In this document: one piece after another, positions 43,213 through 58,715 of the stretch | How positions within the stretch are numbered: position 1 is the stretch's first letter | Layout: each line of letters opens with the position of its first letter | Assembly (NCBI RefSeq): GCF_009914755.1 | Contig: NC_060928.1 | DNA: 64,000 bases | From: the human T2T-CHM13v2.0 reference genome, Homo sapiens | Direction: 5' to 3' (one strand) | The notes under the pieces: model-generated | Database searches by the model: none | What the model was told of the DNA's origin: nothing | The model's input: the letters and a program-made list of their open reading frames with translations, nothing else | Made by a program: the position numbers and the translations under genes

Positions 43213-43806
43213 TTAAAAGCTGGTATTGTAATTTAGTTTGTAAATTCTAACATTTTGTTTTCTATATAATTTAAGCTACTCATGTATTACTAGTTTTACT
43301 CATGAATTACTGGCTTGTGTTTTAGGGCACTCAATACATAAAGATGTGATTTTGTGATATGAGCAACTGAAAAGGATGGGGACAGAGCTGTAAAGGGGCA
43401 GGGTTTTTATGTTATTGAAGTTAAACTTAATATAATCAAGTTATAACATTATATAGAGAATTGGAAAACTGGAGAAAATCAATGAAACCAAAAGTTTGTT
43501 TTTTAAAAAGATCAATAAAATTGACAAACCTTTAACTAGATGGACTAGGAAAAAAAGAGAAAAGACTCACATAACTAAAATCAGAACTGGGTGTGTGAAG
43601 ACATTATTACTGCTTCTACAGAAATAAAAAAGGATTATAAGACAGTACTGTGAACAACTGTACTCCAGTAAATTGGATAACTGAGATGAAATAGACAAAT
43701 TCCTAGAAACACAAACTACCAAGACTAAATCATGAAAAAAATGGAAAATCTGAATAGACTTATAACTAGTAGAGAGATTGACTCAGTAATTAAAAATCTC
43801 CTGAGA

Positions 43807-44101
43807 GGCCGGGCACGGTGGCTCATGCCTGTAATCCCAGCACTTTGGGAGGCCGAGGCCGGCAGATCACAAGGTCAGGAGTTCGAGACCAGCCTGGCCA
43901 ATATGGTGAAACCCTGTCTCTACTAAAAATACAAAAATTAGCTGGGCGTGGTGGCGGGCGCCCATAATCCCAGCTACTCAGTAGGCTGAGGCAGGAGAAT
44001 CGCTTGAACCTGGGAGGCAGAGGTTTCAGTGAGCCGAGATCATGCTGTTGCACTCCAGCCCAGGCAACAGAGCGAGACTTTGTCTCAAAAAAAAAAAAAA
44101 A
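43807..44101 (+). mobile_element. AluS SINE
   Basis: Alu consensus. Confidence 0.9.
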
Positions 44102-44153
44102 GATATTTCCAACTTAACAGTGGGTTTACTGGGACATAGCCCCATTGTAAGAG

Positions 44154-44520
44154 TGTTGCCAGACACTGAGGTTTCAGCCTAGGTCTGCTTTCTCGCTGCA
44201 GGGAAAGCCCATCTCTGACACAGTCAGTGTTGCCAGAGAAGAAAGGCTTTCATGTGGGTGACATCAGACGAGACCAGCCTCAAATCCATCTTCCCAGCCA
44301 ACTCAAGTGGTTATACAGGAGTTGGTCAACAGGCAGCAGGTGGTTGGATGAGGGGTCTGGCATCTCATTGTAACCATGTGTGGGAAAACAGGAATTAGGG
44401 AGGGATAAGGAAAGGGAGTTGGTCAACAGGCAGCACGTGGTCAGTCTGGTGTCTTATTGTCAAGATGGGTTATCTGGGAAATTTCAGTTCTTTGATACTA
44501 TCTGGGAGAGAAATTGGGCC
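44154..44520. mobile_element. ERV1-class (MER4/LOR1-like) LTR remnant
   Basis: tgttgccagacactgaggtttcagcctaggtctgct...gttgccagagaagaaaggcttt...cctcaaatccatcttccc resembles an antisense MER4-group LTR end. Confidence 0.5.
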
Positions 44521-45926
44521 AGGTTCAAGTGGAGCATCTGTACTTGCAAACCAAATTGGCAGCATATTAAAAGAATTACACACCAGGGAAAATAACCCTA
44601 GACCTTGCATTCTAGTGCTCTGCTTATCTGTGACTTCAGACAAAGATGGAGAGAGCTGACCATCAGTATAATTTAGCTGAATGAAATAATGAGATATTTT
44701 AGGAAGAAGAACATTGAATGTCAGAAGTTAAATGTGAGATCCAAGAAGTAACAGTGAACAGACAAGTTTGTGGGTATGTGGATATGTCTTAAATAAGTCA
44801 GGTTGTGTCAAATTATGATGGATGATGATGACTGCGAGGCAGGAAGGAAGATGAAAAGGAGGAGGCATTGAACACTAATGGTCACAGGGAGCACCGGGAG
44901 CGTGGTGACGCCAGGGTGAGCTGCTTGTTCTGTGAGGGTGGAGGGAAGAGATTTATTAACCTTAGACTTTGTTAAAGTATACATGTGACGTCTACATGGG
45001 AAACTGCTAAATGAATAGAAGTGGAAGGTGTAACTTCCACACCATTAAAGGGTAAAAAGGAGAATGAAGAAAAGTCAATTTAGTAGAACCTGCGGGAGGA
45101 AGATGGGGGAAGGAGAAATAATAGTAATTAGAAAGCACAGATTAAAAAAAAATCAAAATGTCAATAATCACAATATATGTAAGTGGTTTAAATGTATAAG
45201 TTAAGACTAAGATTCACATTAGGGTCAGTACATAGTAACAACAAGGAAAGGCTCCCACAGGCCTTAATGTTTGTAGTTATTGGGGTGGAGGAGACACAGG
45301 AGACAGCATGGAGAGGAAGAACTAGATTAGATGCACGTCCGACAGTTGGAAAGATCCTAAAGGTAGTGTTCAAAGAAAAAACTAAGAGAATGTGATTCAC
45401 AGCCAAACAAATCTATACATAGGATTCTGGTAGCAGATGGCAGCTGCTCACTTCCAGAACAAAAAATGTACACAAAGTACATCTTCACTGAAACTGTGGG
45501 ACAAACAGACCCATCCACTGAAAGTCCAACAGGCAGAGGAAAGTACTGGAGACCTGCAGTGTCACCCGGACACAGGGGGTGCAGAGACACGGGAGTGCGG
45601 CCTGGCAGGCAGAGCCAGCACCTGGGGCCTGCCCCCAGCGGCGCTGAGAGTTGAAAGGGAGCAGTGGGAAAAGAAGGCATGGGGAGCTCCTGGGAAGAAG
45701 AGATGACACATCTTTGAAAGGATCACCTTCCAAAAGGAAGGCAACATGCTGGAAGGCAGAGAGAAAGGGACCTGAGGCTCTGAGGGCCCACAGAGACTTG
45801 GGTTCTGTGGTGAGGAGACCTCCATCAAGCCGACAGCAGTGAGACAAACCTGGGACCCAGCCAGTACCCGCTCCAAGAAATCCGACTTCTTCAGAAAACA
45901 ATGAAAAGGTTATGTAAGAAAACCCC

Positions 45927-46232
45927 AGCCAGGTGCAATGGCGTGTGCCTATAATCCCAGCACTTTGGGAGGCCGAGGCAGGAGAACCGCTTGAGCCCAG
46001 CCTGGAGTTTGAGACCAGCCTGGGCAACACAGCAAGGCCTTGTCTCTACTAAAAAAAAAAAAAAAAATAGCTGGGCACAGTGGCATGTGCCTGTTGTCCC
46101 AGCTACTCAGGAGGCTGAGGTGGGAGTATCGCTTGAGCCCAGGAGGCCAAGGCGCGCAGTAAGCCAAGGTCCTGTACAATTGTGCTCCAGCCTGGGCAAC
46201 AGATTCTGTCTCTAAAACAAACAAAAACAAAA
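45927..46232 (+). mobile_element. AluJ SINE
   Basis: Alu consensus motifs. Confidence 0.85.
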
Positions 46233-47585
46233 TCCTGACCCAAAACAGCAGAACTTCCTTACAGATGGAGAAAAGCCACTTAGAAAAATTTTTATCACAA
46301 AGTAGATAAAAGTTATACTCTAATATTCACAGATTTTTTGAATATGAGGATTCAGAGATAGCCAGGCAGAAAGGAGAGCTAGGATTGGGAACTTGTAGAA
46401 CTCAGGAGTGAAACAAGGAAAAGAAAATTATTTTCTAAGCAAAGCCTAAACCTCAAGGAACACACTAGAGAGTAGGAACCACAAGAACGGCACGAAGGTG
46501 GATGTGGGGAGTGAGCAGAGTGCAGCTGAAAGAACCTGGGAAAGAGAGAAAGAAGGAATGTAGGAAAGAAAGAGAAGGATGCGAGTGACGCCTTGGGCAG
46601 GGGCTGCTGAGGAGAGGCACTGTGCATTCAAGCAGGCCAGAGGATGGTTCAGCGGGGCTGAGTCACATTGGGCGACGTCGTAAGTAGGATTACTGGACGC
46701 AACCAAGAATCCTGTAGATACCCAGGCAAAAAAACAAAACAAAAAGCCTAAATTGCTTCTAAGGGGAGAAATAGGGCCAAGTGGAGGCTGTTCACAGCAG
46801 GACCCAGTGCTCGGGACAGGGTGGGCTCCTCAGAACGAGCCAGGGGTGTCTATCCAGGCATGTGGCTCTCTGGGTGTAACAGCTACAGAGATGCAGGTTG
46901 GAGCATAGAGAATTAAAGGAACATGTCCTTCCTGAGTCAGCTGCTGAGAGATGAGCTCCAGGCCTCCAGCAGAATCAGGTGAAGCTCCAGCAACAAGTTG
47001 GGCAGTGGCAGCTGCCGGGGGTGAGTGTGCCAGAAGGAGTGATGCGTACTCAGAATGTTGCCCCCACCAGAAGGGGCAGTGGGAGGAGCAGGGAGAAAGG
47101 AGGGTAAGTTCACCCCCAACACCGGCGAGCCAGAGCCGCTGAGTCAGGTGGGAGCAGAAGCTGAGGTGTGTTCAGGAGCAAAGGAGAGCATGAAGATAAT
47201 GCTACTGATGAGAGCTGGGCTCTAGGGGCGGTTGAGGGAGGGGGTCCAGGCTGATTTCAGTGTGCACAAGCAGGGACATGTAATGTCCGGGACATTACAT
47301 GTGGGCATGCAGGCTGACGGGTCACATAAAGGGCCGCCAACAGGACAGGACGGAGTCCCCAACAGCAGGAAATCAAGCAGCTCCTCTGCCTCACAGTGAA
47401 AGGCTGAAAGCCCATAGAAACAAGCAAGACATGAATGTGTTCTGACTGTGGCCAGCATATCTGGAAAGAGGAAAATGGGCTCGCTTACTTTTTAAAGGAC
47501 TTCCAGATTGGATCATAAAACCGAATTCTCTGCAGCATGCAAGGAACAAAGAGATTCTGGAAGGTTAAAAATAAAATTGTGGGCA

Positions 47586-47714
47586 GGCCGGGTGCAGTGG
47601 CTCATGCCAGTAATCCCAGCACTTTGGGAGGCTGAGGCGGGTGGATTGCTTGAGCTCTGGAGTTCGAGACCAGCCTGGGCAACATAGGGAGACCCTGTCT
47701 CAATTAAAAAAAAA
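47586..47714 (+). mobile_element. Alu left monomer (FLAM-like)
   Basis: ggccgggtgcagtggctca...gaccctgtctc plus A tail. Confidence 0.85.
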
Positions 47715-49359
47715 TTGTGGCCAAAGGTATGCCAAGGTGAAGTCGAAGAAAGGAGTTGTTCTCAGACAAGGCAGAATTCAGGCCCTACCACTTTCAGTGA
47801 CACAGAAGAAGGCTTTTTTGACACCAGAGCCACCACTGGGGATGAGATGCACCCTAAATTTAGGGCCTTCCCACTGGCCTATGGGATCCAGGAGAAAGGC
47901 CAGTGAATACAGCTGACGGTGAGTTCACCTCTTAATTGAAGGCAGAGATCCTGGACAGATGATGAGCATGAATTCAGCACTGTCGAAAAGAAGGACAGAA
48001 TACACTGGAGGAAGTGTTTAGAGACCAAGCAGAGACTTAGAGAACAGAAACAATAGAAATAAATAAATCTCTTCTTACGAGCCCACAATAGTGCCGTGTA
48101 CTTTTCAGAGGCACATGTACTGAGGCGTGAGGTCCGAGCCAGGGCGTGGACCTGTATGTGAACATGGGAGGAGGGGACCTGGGACCTGTGAGGGTGTGTG
48201 CCAGCCGGTGGGGTGCACCTGAAAAGCATGGAGAGCAGTTCCTTGTGACCGAGTGGGGTTTACCCCAGGACTGCAAGGAGGGCTTAACAACCCTATCAGG
48301 TAAAGGAGGAAAACAAATCCAGAGTCATTTTCATGAACACCAGAAAATCATTTGAGAAAATTCAAACCTATTCCTGATGAAAACTTCCCAAGAAACCAGG
48401 ACTACAAGTATGCTTAGCTTGCTAAAAGACATCAGCGGCTGCCAGCTGATGCTCAGTGAGCCAGACACTTGTGGCCGGTTCAGAAATAAGGCAGGACGCT
48501 CACGCCGCTCCTGTACCCCCAAGGCTGCGGGTGCTGGGTGATGCAGGCAGGGCAGAAACAGCAGAGCAGCAAGAGGCAAACAGTGTCTCTCGGAGAATGT
48601 GACGGCTGTGTTTGGTGATGGCCTTATGTGAACTGTAGTGACAACAGTGAGAGGCCAGGTCCACAGGTTTTCCCCTGCCCTCCTCATGTATGCAGAGCCA
48701 CAAAGAGCATTGATGCGTGTATTGAATGGAGCAGGCTTCTGTGGAAAGTTCGGCAGTGTCACTGACGGACACAAGAGATGATATGGATGAGTGGCGGTAC
48801 AGGCTATGTCTCAGCTGGGAAAGGAGAGGCTGTGAGGGTGGAAATCTTCCCCAGTGCAAGCTCGTTGTAGGTGCGATAAAAATAGCAAAAACGTTTAAAT
48901 ATACCTGGACAGGCAATTTCAAAGTCCATGTAGAAGGAAAGATCTGCAGGTCTAGCCAGTGCTTTATCTTGAAGCCTTACTGTGGGAAGGGTGGGCGTGT
49001 CCTGGGGGTGACAGTGTTCCCCATGGCATTCCTGTGACTCCAGCGGGGCCCAAACCCAGGCGGATGGCCAGGGGGAGTGGGGCCAAAGCCAGGGCCGGGC
49101 AGCCCACGTACCACGCACTGATGCCTCCCCTCACACCACTTATAAAGGCCAATTCCAGATGGATTGAACAGCTAGGAGTGGGGGAGATGCATTTTATAAT
49201 CTGTGTGGTGGGAAAAGCTGCATGCAACTACTCAGCAAACCGAAAACGCATGAAGCAAAAGGGTAAAATAGTTGCATAAGGCGGAGGCAGCTTTGTGAGA
49301 AAAGACATTGTGCACGGAAGATTCCATTGGGAGCTGGGAAGCTATGGGAAAGTTTTTGA

Positions 49360-49665
<306 letters not shown>

Positions 49666-50721
49666 TAAAGGGGTCTGATGTTTGGAATATCTAGGGAACA
49701 TCTGTAAGTCAGTTAAGATAAATAAAACAGGGTCAAGACATGGCGGGCAACCCACAGATGAAAACTGGCCCGATAAGAAGGAAGTGGCACTGGGCCCCGC
49801 TGGTAATGGTAGGAATGTAGGTTAGACACGGTGCTGCCAGGCGTCAGAGGCTGGGTTGTCCTGTTGGCATTGGTGGCATGTCCCATGTGCATGCCCCGTG
49901 CTGTCCTCGTCCCCAGGGCCCTGCAGAAGTGGTGTGCATGCCAACGTGCACATCAGCACCGCGGCTCAGCGCGTCATGACAAAGCATCTGCAGAGGGCAG
50001 ATGAGCACCCCCACTTCTGTGTTGAAGAGTGGCACTCTGGGTTGATTAGTGCATTTTATTATTGTGAAAAGCATCTTGCAGAGAACCACATTCTGGTACC
50101 ATTTCTGGTTTTAAAGGGTGGCCTGTGTGGGTATGTAGAAAGGACACGGGGCCAGCGGTCCCAGACAGGGGCACCCTGGGAGATTGCACCAGGGCTGGGT
50201 GCGTGGGCAGTTGTGTCAGAGGCCGCGTGTGAATAGTGACTCCGAAGCCTGCCGCTTCCTGGGACCATGTTTATCCCAGTGTTTATCCCTGTTCACACAC
50301 GTGGTTTTGTTTGAACACGTGACTGTTACGCTTTATGTGGCCTTTTGATTTCTCCCCACGCGGTTGTGCGGTGGATCTGGCGGCTCCTCAGGTGGAGGCC
50401 GGGGCCGTCCATTCCCTGCTGCTGGGTGGAGATGTTGTCTCCAGTTCCTGCCTTTGGCCTCCAGGCACCTGGATTTGAGTGGGTCAGTTCTAGGCCACAT
50501 CGTGCTTGCATTTGTGATTCCCGTGGCCCTTATCAGGTTGCTGCCTCGAAAGCCTTCCTGCCGGCCCTGCAGCCACCCCTCATCTCAGCCAACGCCACAT
50601 CAGCGCCATGGGTGCAAAGTCAGAGCTCACTGTCACTCGGATCTGCATTTCTCCACCTCTGCCTGGATTTGCTCTTTGGGAATTGTTTCTTTGCATCCTT
50701 TGCTGGTTTTCGGTTGGGTGA

Positions 50722-51022
<301 letters not shown>

Positions 51023-51144
51023 AGGGTGAGTCTTGTTCTTGTCCTTGAGTGCCACTTGGCTAGGCTGTTGCTGCTGACCTTAGCTCCCTTGTTTGCCATC
51101 ATGGAGGATGCTGGGAGCTCCAGCTCCCTGTCCTGTCCTCCCCG

Positions 51145-51269
51145 GCGCTCACTAAGGCTCGGTCCTCTCCACGTGGTCCTGACCTGTCCTCTGTGAGCAA
51201 GAGAAACAGGACTGGTTTGGGGGTGTCCTGTCTCAGTGGACACAGGACACCACGGTTTTCAGTACAACA
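51145..51269 (+). ncRNA. SCARNA22: SCARNA22 / ACA11, intronic box H/ACA RNA
   Basis: Hairpin 1 closed by GCTCAC(51147)/GTGAGC(51193), H box AGAGAA (51200-51205), hairpin 2 ACTG...GGTGTCCTGT/ACAGGACACC...CAGT, ACA box 51264-51266 three nt from the end; ACA11 is known to lie in an NSD2 intron. Confidence 0.9.
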
Positions 51270-51371
51270 AGGAACACAACTTGTTCAATGTGCTTTATGA
51301 TGGTGAAAATTCCCTTTAAAAATAACATGCGATTGCTAACACTTGACCGAATATATCACTTGACCTTACAG

Positions 51372-51513
51372 GACCGTATAATAGACGCTGGCCCCAAAGG
51401 AAACTACTCTCGATTTATGAATCACAGCTGCCAGCCCAACTGTGAGACCCTCAAGTGGACAGTGAATGGGGACACTCGTGTGGGCCTGTTTGCCGTCTGT
51501 GACATTCCTGCAG
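51372..51513 (+). CDS. NSD2: NSD2 coding exon, SET domain with RFMNHSC motif (aa ~1125-1172; T1150)
   Basis: tacag|GAC CGT...GCA G|gtacaa; [47 protein letters not shown]; 142 nt. Confidence 0.98.
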
Positions 51514-51753
51514 GTACAAGCTCTGGGGACCCTGCATGGGGCTCCTGGCTATGGGGGCAGAGTGGCCATCGCTGAGGGCTGCGTGGGGCTGGACTGGAAA
51601 GGCTCTGGGGGAGGTGGGTGCTGATGTGGAGTCTCTTTTGGTTTGAATATCTCTTTTACCAAGCAAAATTGAAAGGCCATGGGTCAAGCCAGTACAGATA
51701 CAAAAATAATAAGAGTATTTTTGTTGACCTAATACACGCCCCTTAGCTTTTGA

Positions 51754-52083
<330 letters not shown>

Positions 52084-52983
52084 TAAGAGTTCCTCACTGA
52101 ACGTGTTTCCTGGGGCTGCCAGAACAATGCCTCACAGACGCGTGGTTTCGCAGTTCTGGGTGTGGGCAGGGCCGTGCGCCCTCTGAAGGTTCCTTGGGAG
52201 GCTCTTTCCCAGGCCTGTCTCCCGTTCCTGGTGGCGGCCACAGTCCTTGCTGCTCCTTGGCTTGTAGCAGCACCGCCCAACCATTCTCCCTGCGAACATG
52301 ACTGTTGACTTGCCCTTCTTATAAGAGCACTGGTCCTGTTGACTTAGCGCCTGCCCTGCTACCGTGTGACCCCATCTTAACAGATCCCATTGACAATGAC
52401 CCTATTTCCAAATACAGTCACCTTCCAAGGTTCCAGGAAGGACAGAGATTTGGGGGGGCACTCTTGCACCCCTTCCCTGTGCTGTGTAGAACCTGGTCCT
52501 GAAAGCCTGGCGGTGGCACCAGCTCGGCCCTGAGCCGGTGTCTGTCCTCAGCCGTGTTGCTGAGGATGGTCACTGCCCTCAGGTCACTGCCGCCCACCTG
52601 TGCCCACGTTCCTGTGGAATTTCCTAATGAGGAGACCCTGGGTGGCGGGCGGGAGCTGTTCTGCCTGTGGTGGCCTCCTTTGCCAGTGGGTCCCATCAGC
52701 AGATCCTGGAGCTGTGTGTCTGCTGAGATGCTGCTGAGATGCGTCATTGCAGGCTTCCGACAAAGCTCACTCTAGTCGTAGTCTTTGTTCAGCTTTTTCA
52801 CGCTGAGTCGAGTGAGTCTAAGGATGTCTGGGGAGCACGAGGAGGACACTCCTCTCCTCTCCTCTTAGTGTTGGGCACCTGCAGAGATCTCTGAAGTTCC
52901 TGGAGTGTAGCTCGCTCTTCTGCCCTATTTGCTTCAGCCTGTGTAATTCTTTCCGGTGATCTGTGCTTAATTCTTGACTCTAG

Positions 52984-53268
<285 letters not shown>

Positions 53269-54002
53269 TGACCGGGCCTCATCTGGGTGCAGGCACATCA
53301 GGCGCTCATGCAGCGAAGGCCCTGATCCAGGGTGGCAGAGCCTTTCTTTGTTCCACCAGCCGCACATTCTAGATCTCTGCATCGAGCAGAGAAGATATGT
53401 GGTGACGGGGTAGCCCCTGGAACCTCCAGGAGGGATTCAGGCAGCCCAAGGCCCAGCTGCAGAATTGGGGCCCTCATCCATGCTGTGGGGGCGGGGCGGC
53501 CAGGAAGGAGGCGACGCTGGGAACTAAAGCCCCTCCTAGGAGAAAGGCCTCTACAACAGTGTCTCCCTGGCAGCCCAGAGGGGCCTGGCCTGGCTGCACT
53601 ACAGTGGGAATGGAGGGGCCCAGAGCCCCTGTCCTGGATGTGCAGGGCAGGCTGTCCCCAGAGATGGTGCTGTGCACCAGGAGGCTCCGCCGGTTGACGA
53701 AGGAGCTGCAGCTCTGGCTCTGTTTGAGGGAAAGTAGAGTGGGCTCCACCTTCCAGCACCCGCATTTCAGAGATGACAGGCGCCAGTGGGAAAACAGTAG
53801 CGTCTTGTTCCACTTGGTGATGAGACAGTCTGAGAAATGGGTCGTGAGATGACTCTGGCGGTGCGCAGACATCATGGCTCACACCTAAGGGTGCAGCCAC
53901 CTCCGTTACAATCTTGCAGTGTGTCGCCATGAGGCTCTTGACTGTGTGGAATCACAGAAGAAAAATTAAATGGCCCTTACCCAAAACAAGAAACCCAAAA
54001 GA

Positions 54003-54645
54003 GGCCAGGTGCGGGGGCTCATGCCTGTAATCCCAGTACTTTGGGAGGCCAAGGTGAGCAGATCACCTGAGGTCAGGAGTTCGAGACCAGTCTGACCAAC
54101 ATGGTGAAACCCCGTCTCTACTAAAAATACAAAAATTAGACTGGTGTGGTGGCATGCACCTGTAATCCCAGCTATTCGGGAGGCTGAGGCAGGAGAAATG
54201 CTTGAACCCGGGAGGCGGAGGTTGCAGTGAGCCAAGATTGCAGAAAGCTGAGATAGCACCATTGCACTCCAGCCTGGGCGACAGAGCAAGACTCCACTCA
54301 AAAAAAAAAAAAACCAAACAAACAAAAAACAAAACTATAAAAAGAAAATCCAGGCCAGGCACGGTGGCTCATGCCTCTAATCCCAGCACTTCTGAGAGGC
54401 CAAGGTGGATGGATCACTTGAGGTCAGGAATTCGAGAGCAGCCTGGCCAACATGGTGAAACCTCATCTCTACTGAACATAGAAAAATTAGCTGGTCGTGG
54501 TGGCGGGCGCCTGTAATCCTGGCTACTCGGAAGGGTGAGGCAGCAGAATCACTTGAACCCAAGAGACGGAGGCTGCAGTGAGCCAAGATTGCGCCACTGC
54601 TCTCCAGCCTGGGCGACAGAGCTAGACTCCATCTCAAAAAAAAAA
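54003..54645 (+). mobile_element. Two head-to-tail AluS elements (~54003-54340, 54353-54645)
   Basis: Two Alu dimers with A-rich tails. Confidence 0.9.
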
Positions 54646-55070
54646 GAATTCAGATATTTGTGTAAAAACATTTTTGTACGGTAAAGATGACACACGATAG
54701 AGAAAAGTGTTGGCCATGGGTGCGAGAGGGTGGTCCCTAACGTGACAGAGCTTTTACAGAGTCATGCCAGAAAGATGAATACCCAAGTTGAAAATCAGTC
54801 CCTTGGGAGAGGGCAGGTCACATGGAAATCAGCACAGCAGCCCCTGCCTGTCCACGCCGCGCTGGGGGACACTCCTGCACCCGGCACAGCTCCTCTCAGT
54901 TGCCGAAACATAAAGAGACGCTAACAGGTGGTCCTTAGGGGCCTGGCAGGTACTGTGGAGTCAACAGGCCCTGCCAGGGAGCCCGCCCGGGCTGTGGTAG
55001 ACAGTTTGTCTGCCCGTCCTGTTCGCTGGAGCCAGCACTATTTTGTGTTCATTTGACCTGACAGTTGTAA

Positions 55071-55418
<348 letters not shown>

Positions 55419-58400
55419 CGCCAGGCGGCCGCTTGGCCGGATCCAGGGGCGGTGCAGGGCGGCCGGCCCTGCCTGCGGGAGAGGGCGAGCATGAACTGGC
55501 CCGGAGGACCCAGCTCGAGCCGCCAGGACACAGACGTACAGGCCTCCTCGGGAGGGAGCGCCTCCCCACCACTGAGCCATCCTCAGCAGCGTCCGCTGCG
55601 TCTGCACTGATGACCGTCTGAGCCCAGCTCAGCGTTCCTGGACAAACAGCCTCACTCCTCAGCGTTACCGCCACACTTGAATTTCTCCGAATGTCAAGGT
55701 TCCCTCCCACTCTATTTTTTTAGGTTAAAGTTAATTGGCATATGGAATGTTTTAATCTCCTCTGAAATGTGTAGCGTAGGCTTTTCCCAAGGGTCGCTAG
55801 AAACTCGTCTTCGCGTTGCCCCCTTTCTGGCTCTCAGCGCCGTCGCCACTCGGGAGAGGCTGGGTGAGGCCCGTGTGAGGACTGACCCTGGATTCCTCGA
55901 AACTGCCATTGTGATCATTACTCTGCTCTTTGGAAATGGCTGTATCATTTTTTTGTACTAATGTGAATTGTTCCTCAGAAACGCTTCTTTTCCATCCTAG
56001 TGAGAAGCTGGCCCTGCAGGTGGTGGCAGCAATGGTGTTGTAAGATTTCCTCCCGTAGTTTTTTCTCCTCATGGATTTGAATGAAATGCCAATAACACGT
56101 CCACTTTCAACGTGTAGTTTACGCGGAGCACTTTCGAGGCCTGGCCGGGTTGGGCCTACTTCTCACCTGGGCCTATCTTCTGAACTCGCTAGGTTCTTAT
56201 CAACATTTGGGGGATAACTTTGTATATTTTTTTCATTTGGCTTTTCTTTACCAGTTTCTGATTTTTATTCTCAATATATTTTTGCTAAACCTATTTCACA
56301 AATCACCACCGACTGAAGTGTGTGTTTACTGATGCGGCCCTGAGCTCCATGGCGAAAGGAGTGACTTTGCAGGGCGTGAGACCGCAGTCTGCTTAGAGCA
56401 CAGGAAGTGACAACTTAGGGAGCCCCGTAGGGCGCTGCAGGCCCCGGGGACCCCAGCACGTGGGTCTAAAGAGAGACGGAGTCTAGCTCTCCTGCCACCC
56501 AGAGTGGCTTCCATCTCAGCACTCTGTGGGTCTGGTGATGGAAGATGCAGTCTCTGCTGATCACATGTGCCCTCTGCCAGGGCACCTACTGAGAGGTGCG
56601 GTCCTGGGGGTGGAGGCCTGCCTGGCAGGTGTGCGTGCCTCGTACGTGTGTTATGGGCACTGGTCTAGGCCAGGTATGACACCCACTCTCCTGTGAGATT
56701 TCACTTTAGTTTTTAAAAGGTCCAGTTCTACAGAGTGAGACCTATCTATCTGAGTACTACATATGTTTTAAGACTTGGTTCTTTTTTTGAGGGATCCTTG
56801 ACCCTGGGAAGTCTGGAGCACCCTGAGAAGGGGGCACCATGTGTGCCTTTGCCCACGTGTCCTGAGGGGCTGCTTGTCTGGGAGGGAGGGAGAGAACATT
56901 CAGCAGCAGGTGCTTTTTTATGGCCTTTTCTTAAAATAACCTAAGGGGGACACATCCATCTTGCAGAGAAGTTTACAGAACTCCCCTTGAAAACTGCTGC
57001 TGAGGCTCCTGTTAAATTTTCTGTGGCATCTTTTATGCCTTGGTAAAAACTGCAGTGTCTTTGGACCTGAGAGTGGCTACTCCGTGGTTTTGTGACCTGT
57101 AAGCGTGGGGTTCAGGGGTGTGTGGCCCTGCAGGGTCCCACGCCTCCCTGAGCACTGACTGGAAGTTTCACTGGCTGGTGGCTGTCCCTTCTCCCATCAG
57201 GGTCCCCAGCAAAGTTAACTACACAGAGGACCCAGGGGAAACGAGCTGTGTAGCCACTGACTTGCTCGCGCGGCCGTGGCCTCTGAGGGGCACTCGCCGG
57301 TTAAGACAGGGTGGGAGTAGTGCTTTCCAGTTCAGACTCTAACTTCTCCCAAAGTGTCCTAAGAAAATACTGGATCGGCTCATAGATTTATGCTCCTTAT
57401 GATGCCCTAACTTGGAAGGTTGTTCTAGGGACAGGCCGGGCAGTGTCCCCACACACACCTTAGAGTCGAAGGCCCCAGGGCCCCGCTGTCACTTGCCCAA
57501 AAGATCCCTTCCGGCAGGTAAGGGACTACCAATGCTTACGTCAAAACAGCAGAATCGGCTTTGCAGTGCACTTTGGGGAGCAGATATTAACTTATTTTTG
57601 TGTTGGACAGTAGTGAAATCTTGTGATTTTTAATCGCTTTGATAATACTTCCAAATTTTATGATTTTTCTGAAGGAAATAATGCAAACATTTTAAATATG
57701 TTTCTCCCCCTTTCCAAAAACTGTTAAACTAATGAGCAAGTAACACTAACTTTGAATGTCTCTACAATACCCGTTGATAACTCAGTGGAGCCAGGCTTTG
57801 GGGTAGCGGCCCTGAGCTTGCAGGGTTTCTCGCCACTGGGGCTGACCACGCCCCCAGCTGTGACCGTGGGTGTGGCTGGCTCTCGGCCCTGCCCAGCTTT
57901 GTTCTGAGGACGTGGTGACTTCCTGAACATCAGCTTCAATCCTCCATCATTAATGTGAAGCAAAACACAAAAACCGCCCCAATCCCTCAGGATTCCTTGG
58001 CATCCGAAACCAGCATCTGCACCTAAACCCATACCCACCCGTGTGCGCCCACAGGGGGATGTGTCCGAATGGGCAGCTTAAAATGTGGTCACCTGTGGGG
58101 GAAACTCTTCAGGCACCTGAAGTGAGAACCCAGCTGTCCGTCCTCAGGCCGGCCTTTCTTCCGGCGACACCCGTCCATGGCTGGCTGGGTCCCCTTCGCA
58201 GTGTTTGTCTGTCTTGACATCTAAACCCCGGCGTGTGCAGTGCCCATCTTCCAGGACTACCTTATTTTCCAGAATTAAACCTGTTTTATAATTCAAGTTA
58301 ATGCAAATGACTGTCAGTTGCCAAATATCTTGATCCTATGAGTGTAGTTGATGACTGTTTGTTAGTCAGTAGAGTAAAATGCTGTGTCCACGGGGTGTCA

Positions 58401-58715
58401 CAGCCTCACCATACCCTGTTGAGGTGTGAAATGCCCCGTCAGAAATTAAATACAAACTTAAATGTGCCTATTGGTGTCTAAACTTCATACAATGTAAGGT
58501 CAGATTCCTTTTAGGAATACTGGGTGCTGTCACCAGGTTTGATAGTTAGACTTAAAAACTTGAAATTCACTTTTTGGGGGGAGGGATATACTGAAATAGA
58601 GAGTTGAGACTTGCCAGTTGGGGGAAAATAGCATTTAAAATGGAAAGCTGTGTTTGGAAAATTGTGTATGAGTATTTTTGTATTAAAAACATTTTAAAGG
58701 CTTTTTTCTTAACTT
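55419..58715 (+). other. NSD2: NSD2 full-length 3'UTR (end approximate)
   Basis: Repeat-free sequence after the stop; ATTAAA at 58682-58687 followed by a U-rich tract. Confidence 0.75.
58682..58687 (+). terminator. Probable NSD2 polyadenylation signal (ATTAAA)
   Basis: ATTAAA with upstream TGTA motifs (58665, 58679) and a downstream U/GU-rich element. Confidence 0.7.

Noticed and set aside
53298-53930. 210-aa antisense intronic ORF
   Set aside because: GC-rich chance ORF with no domain signature
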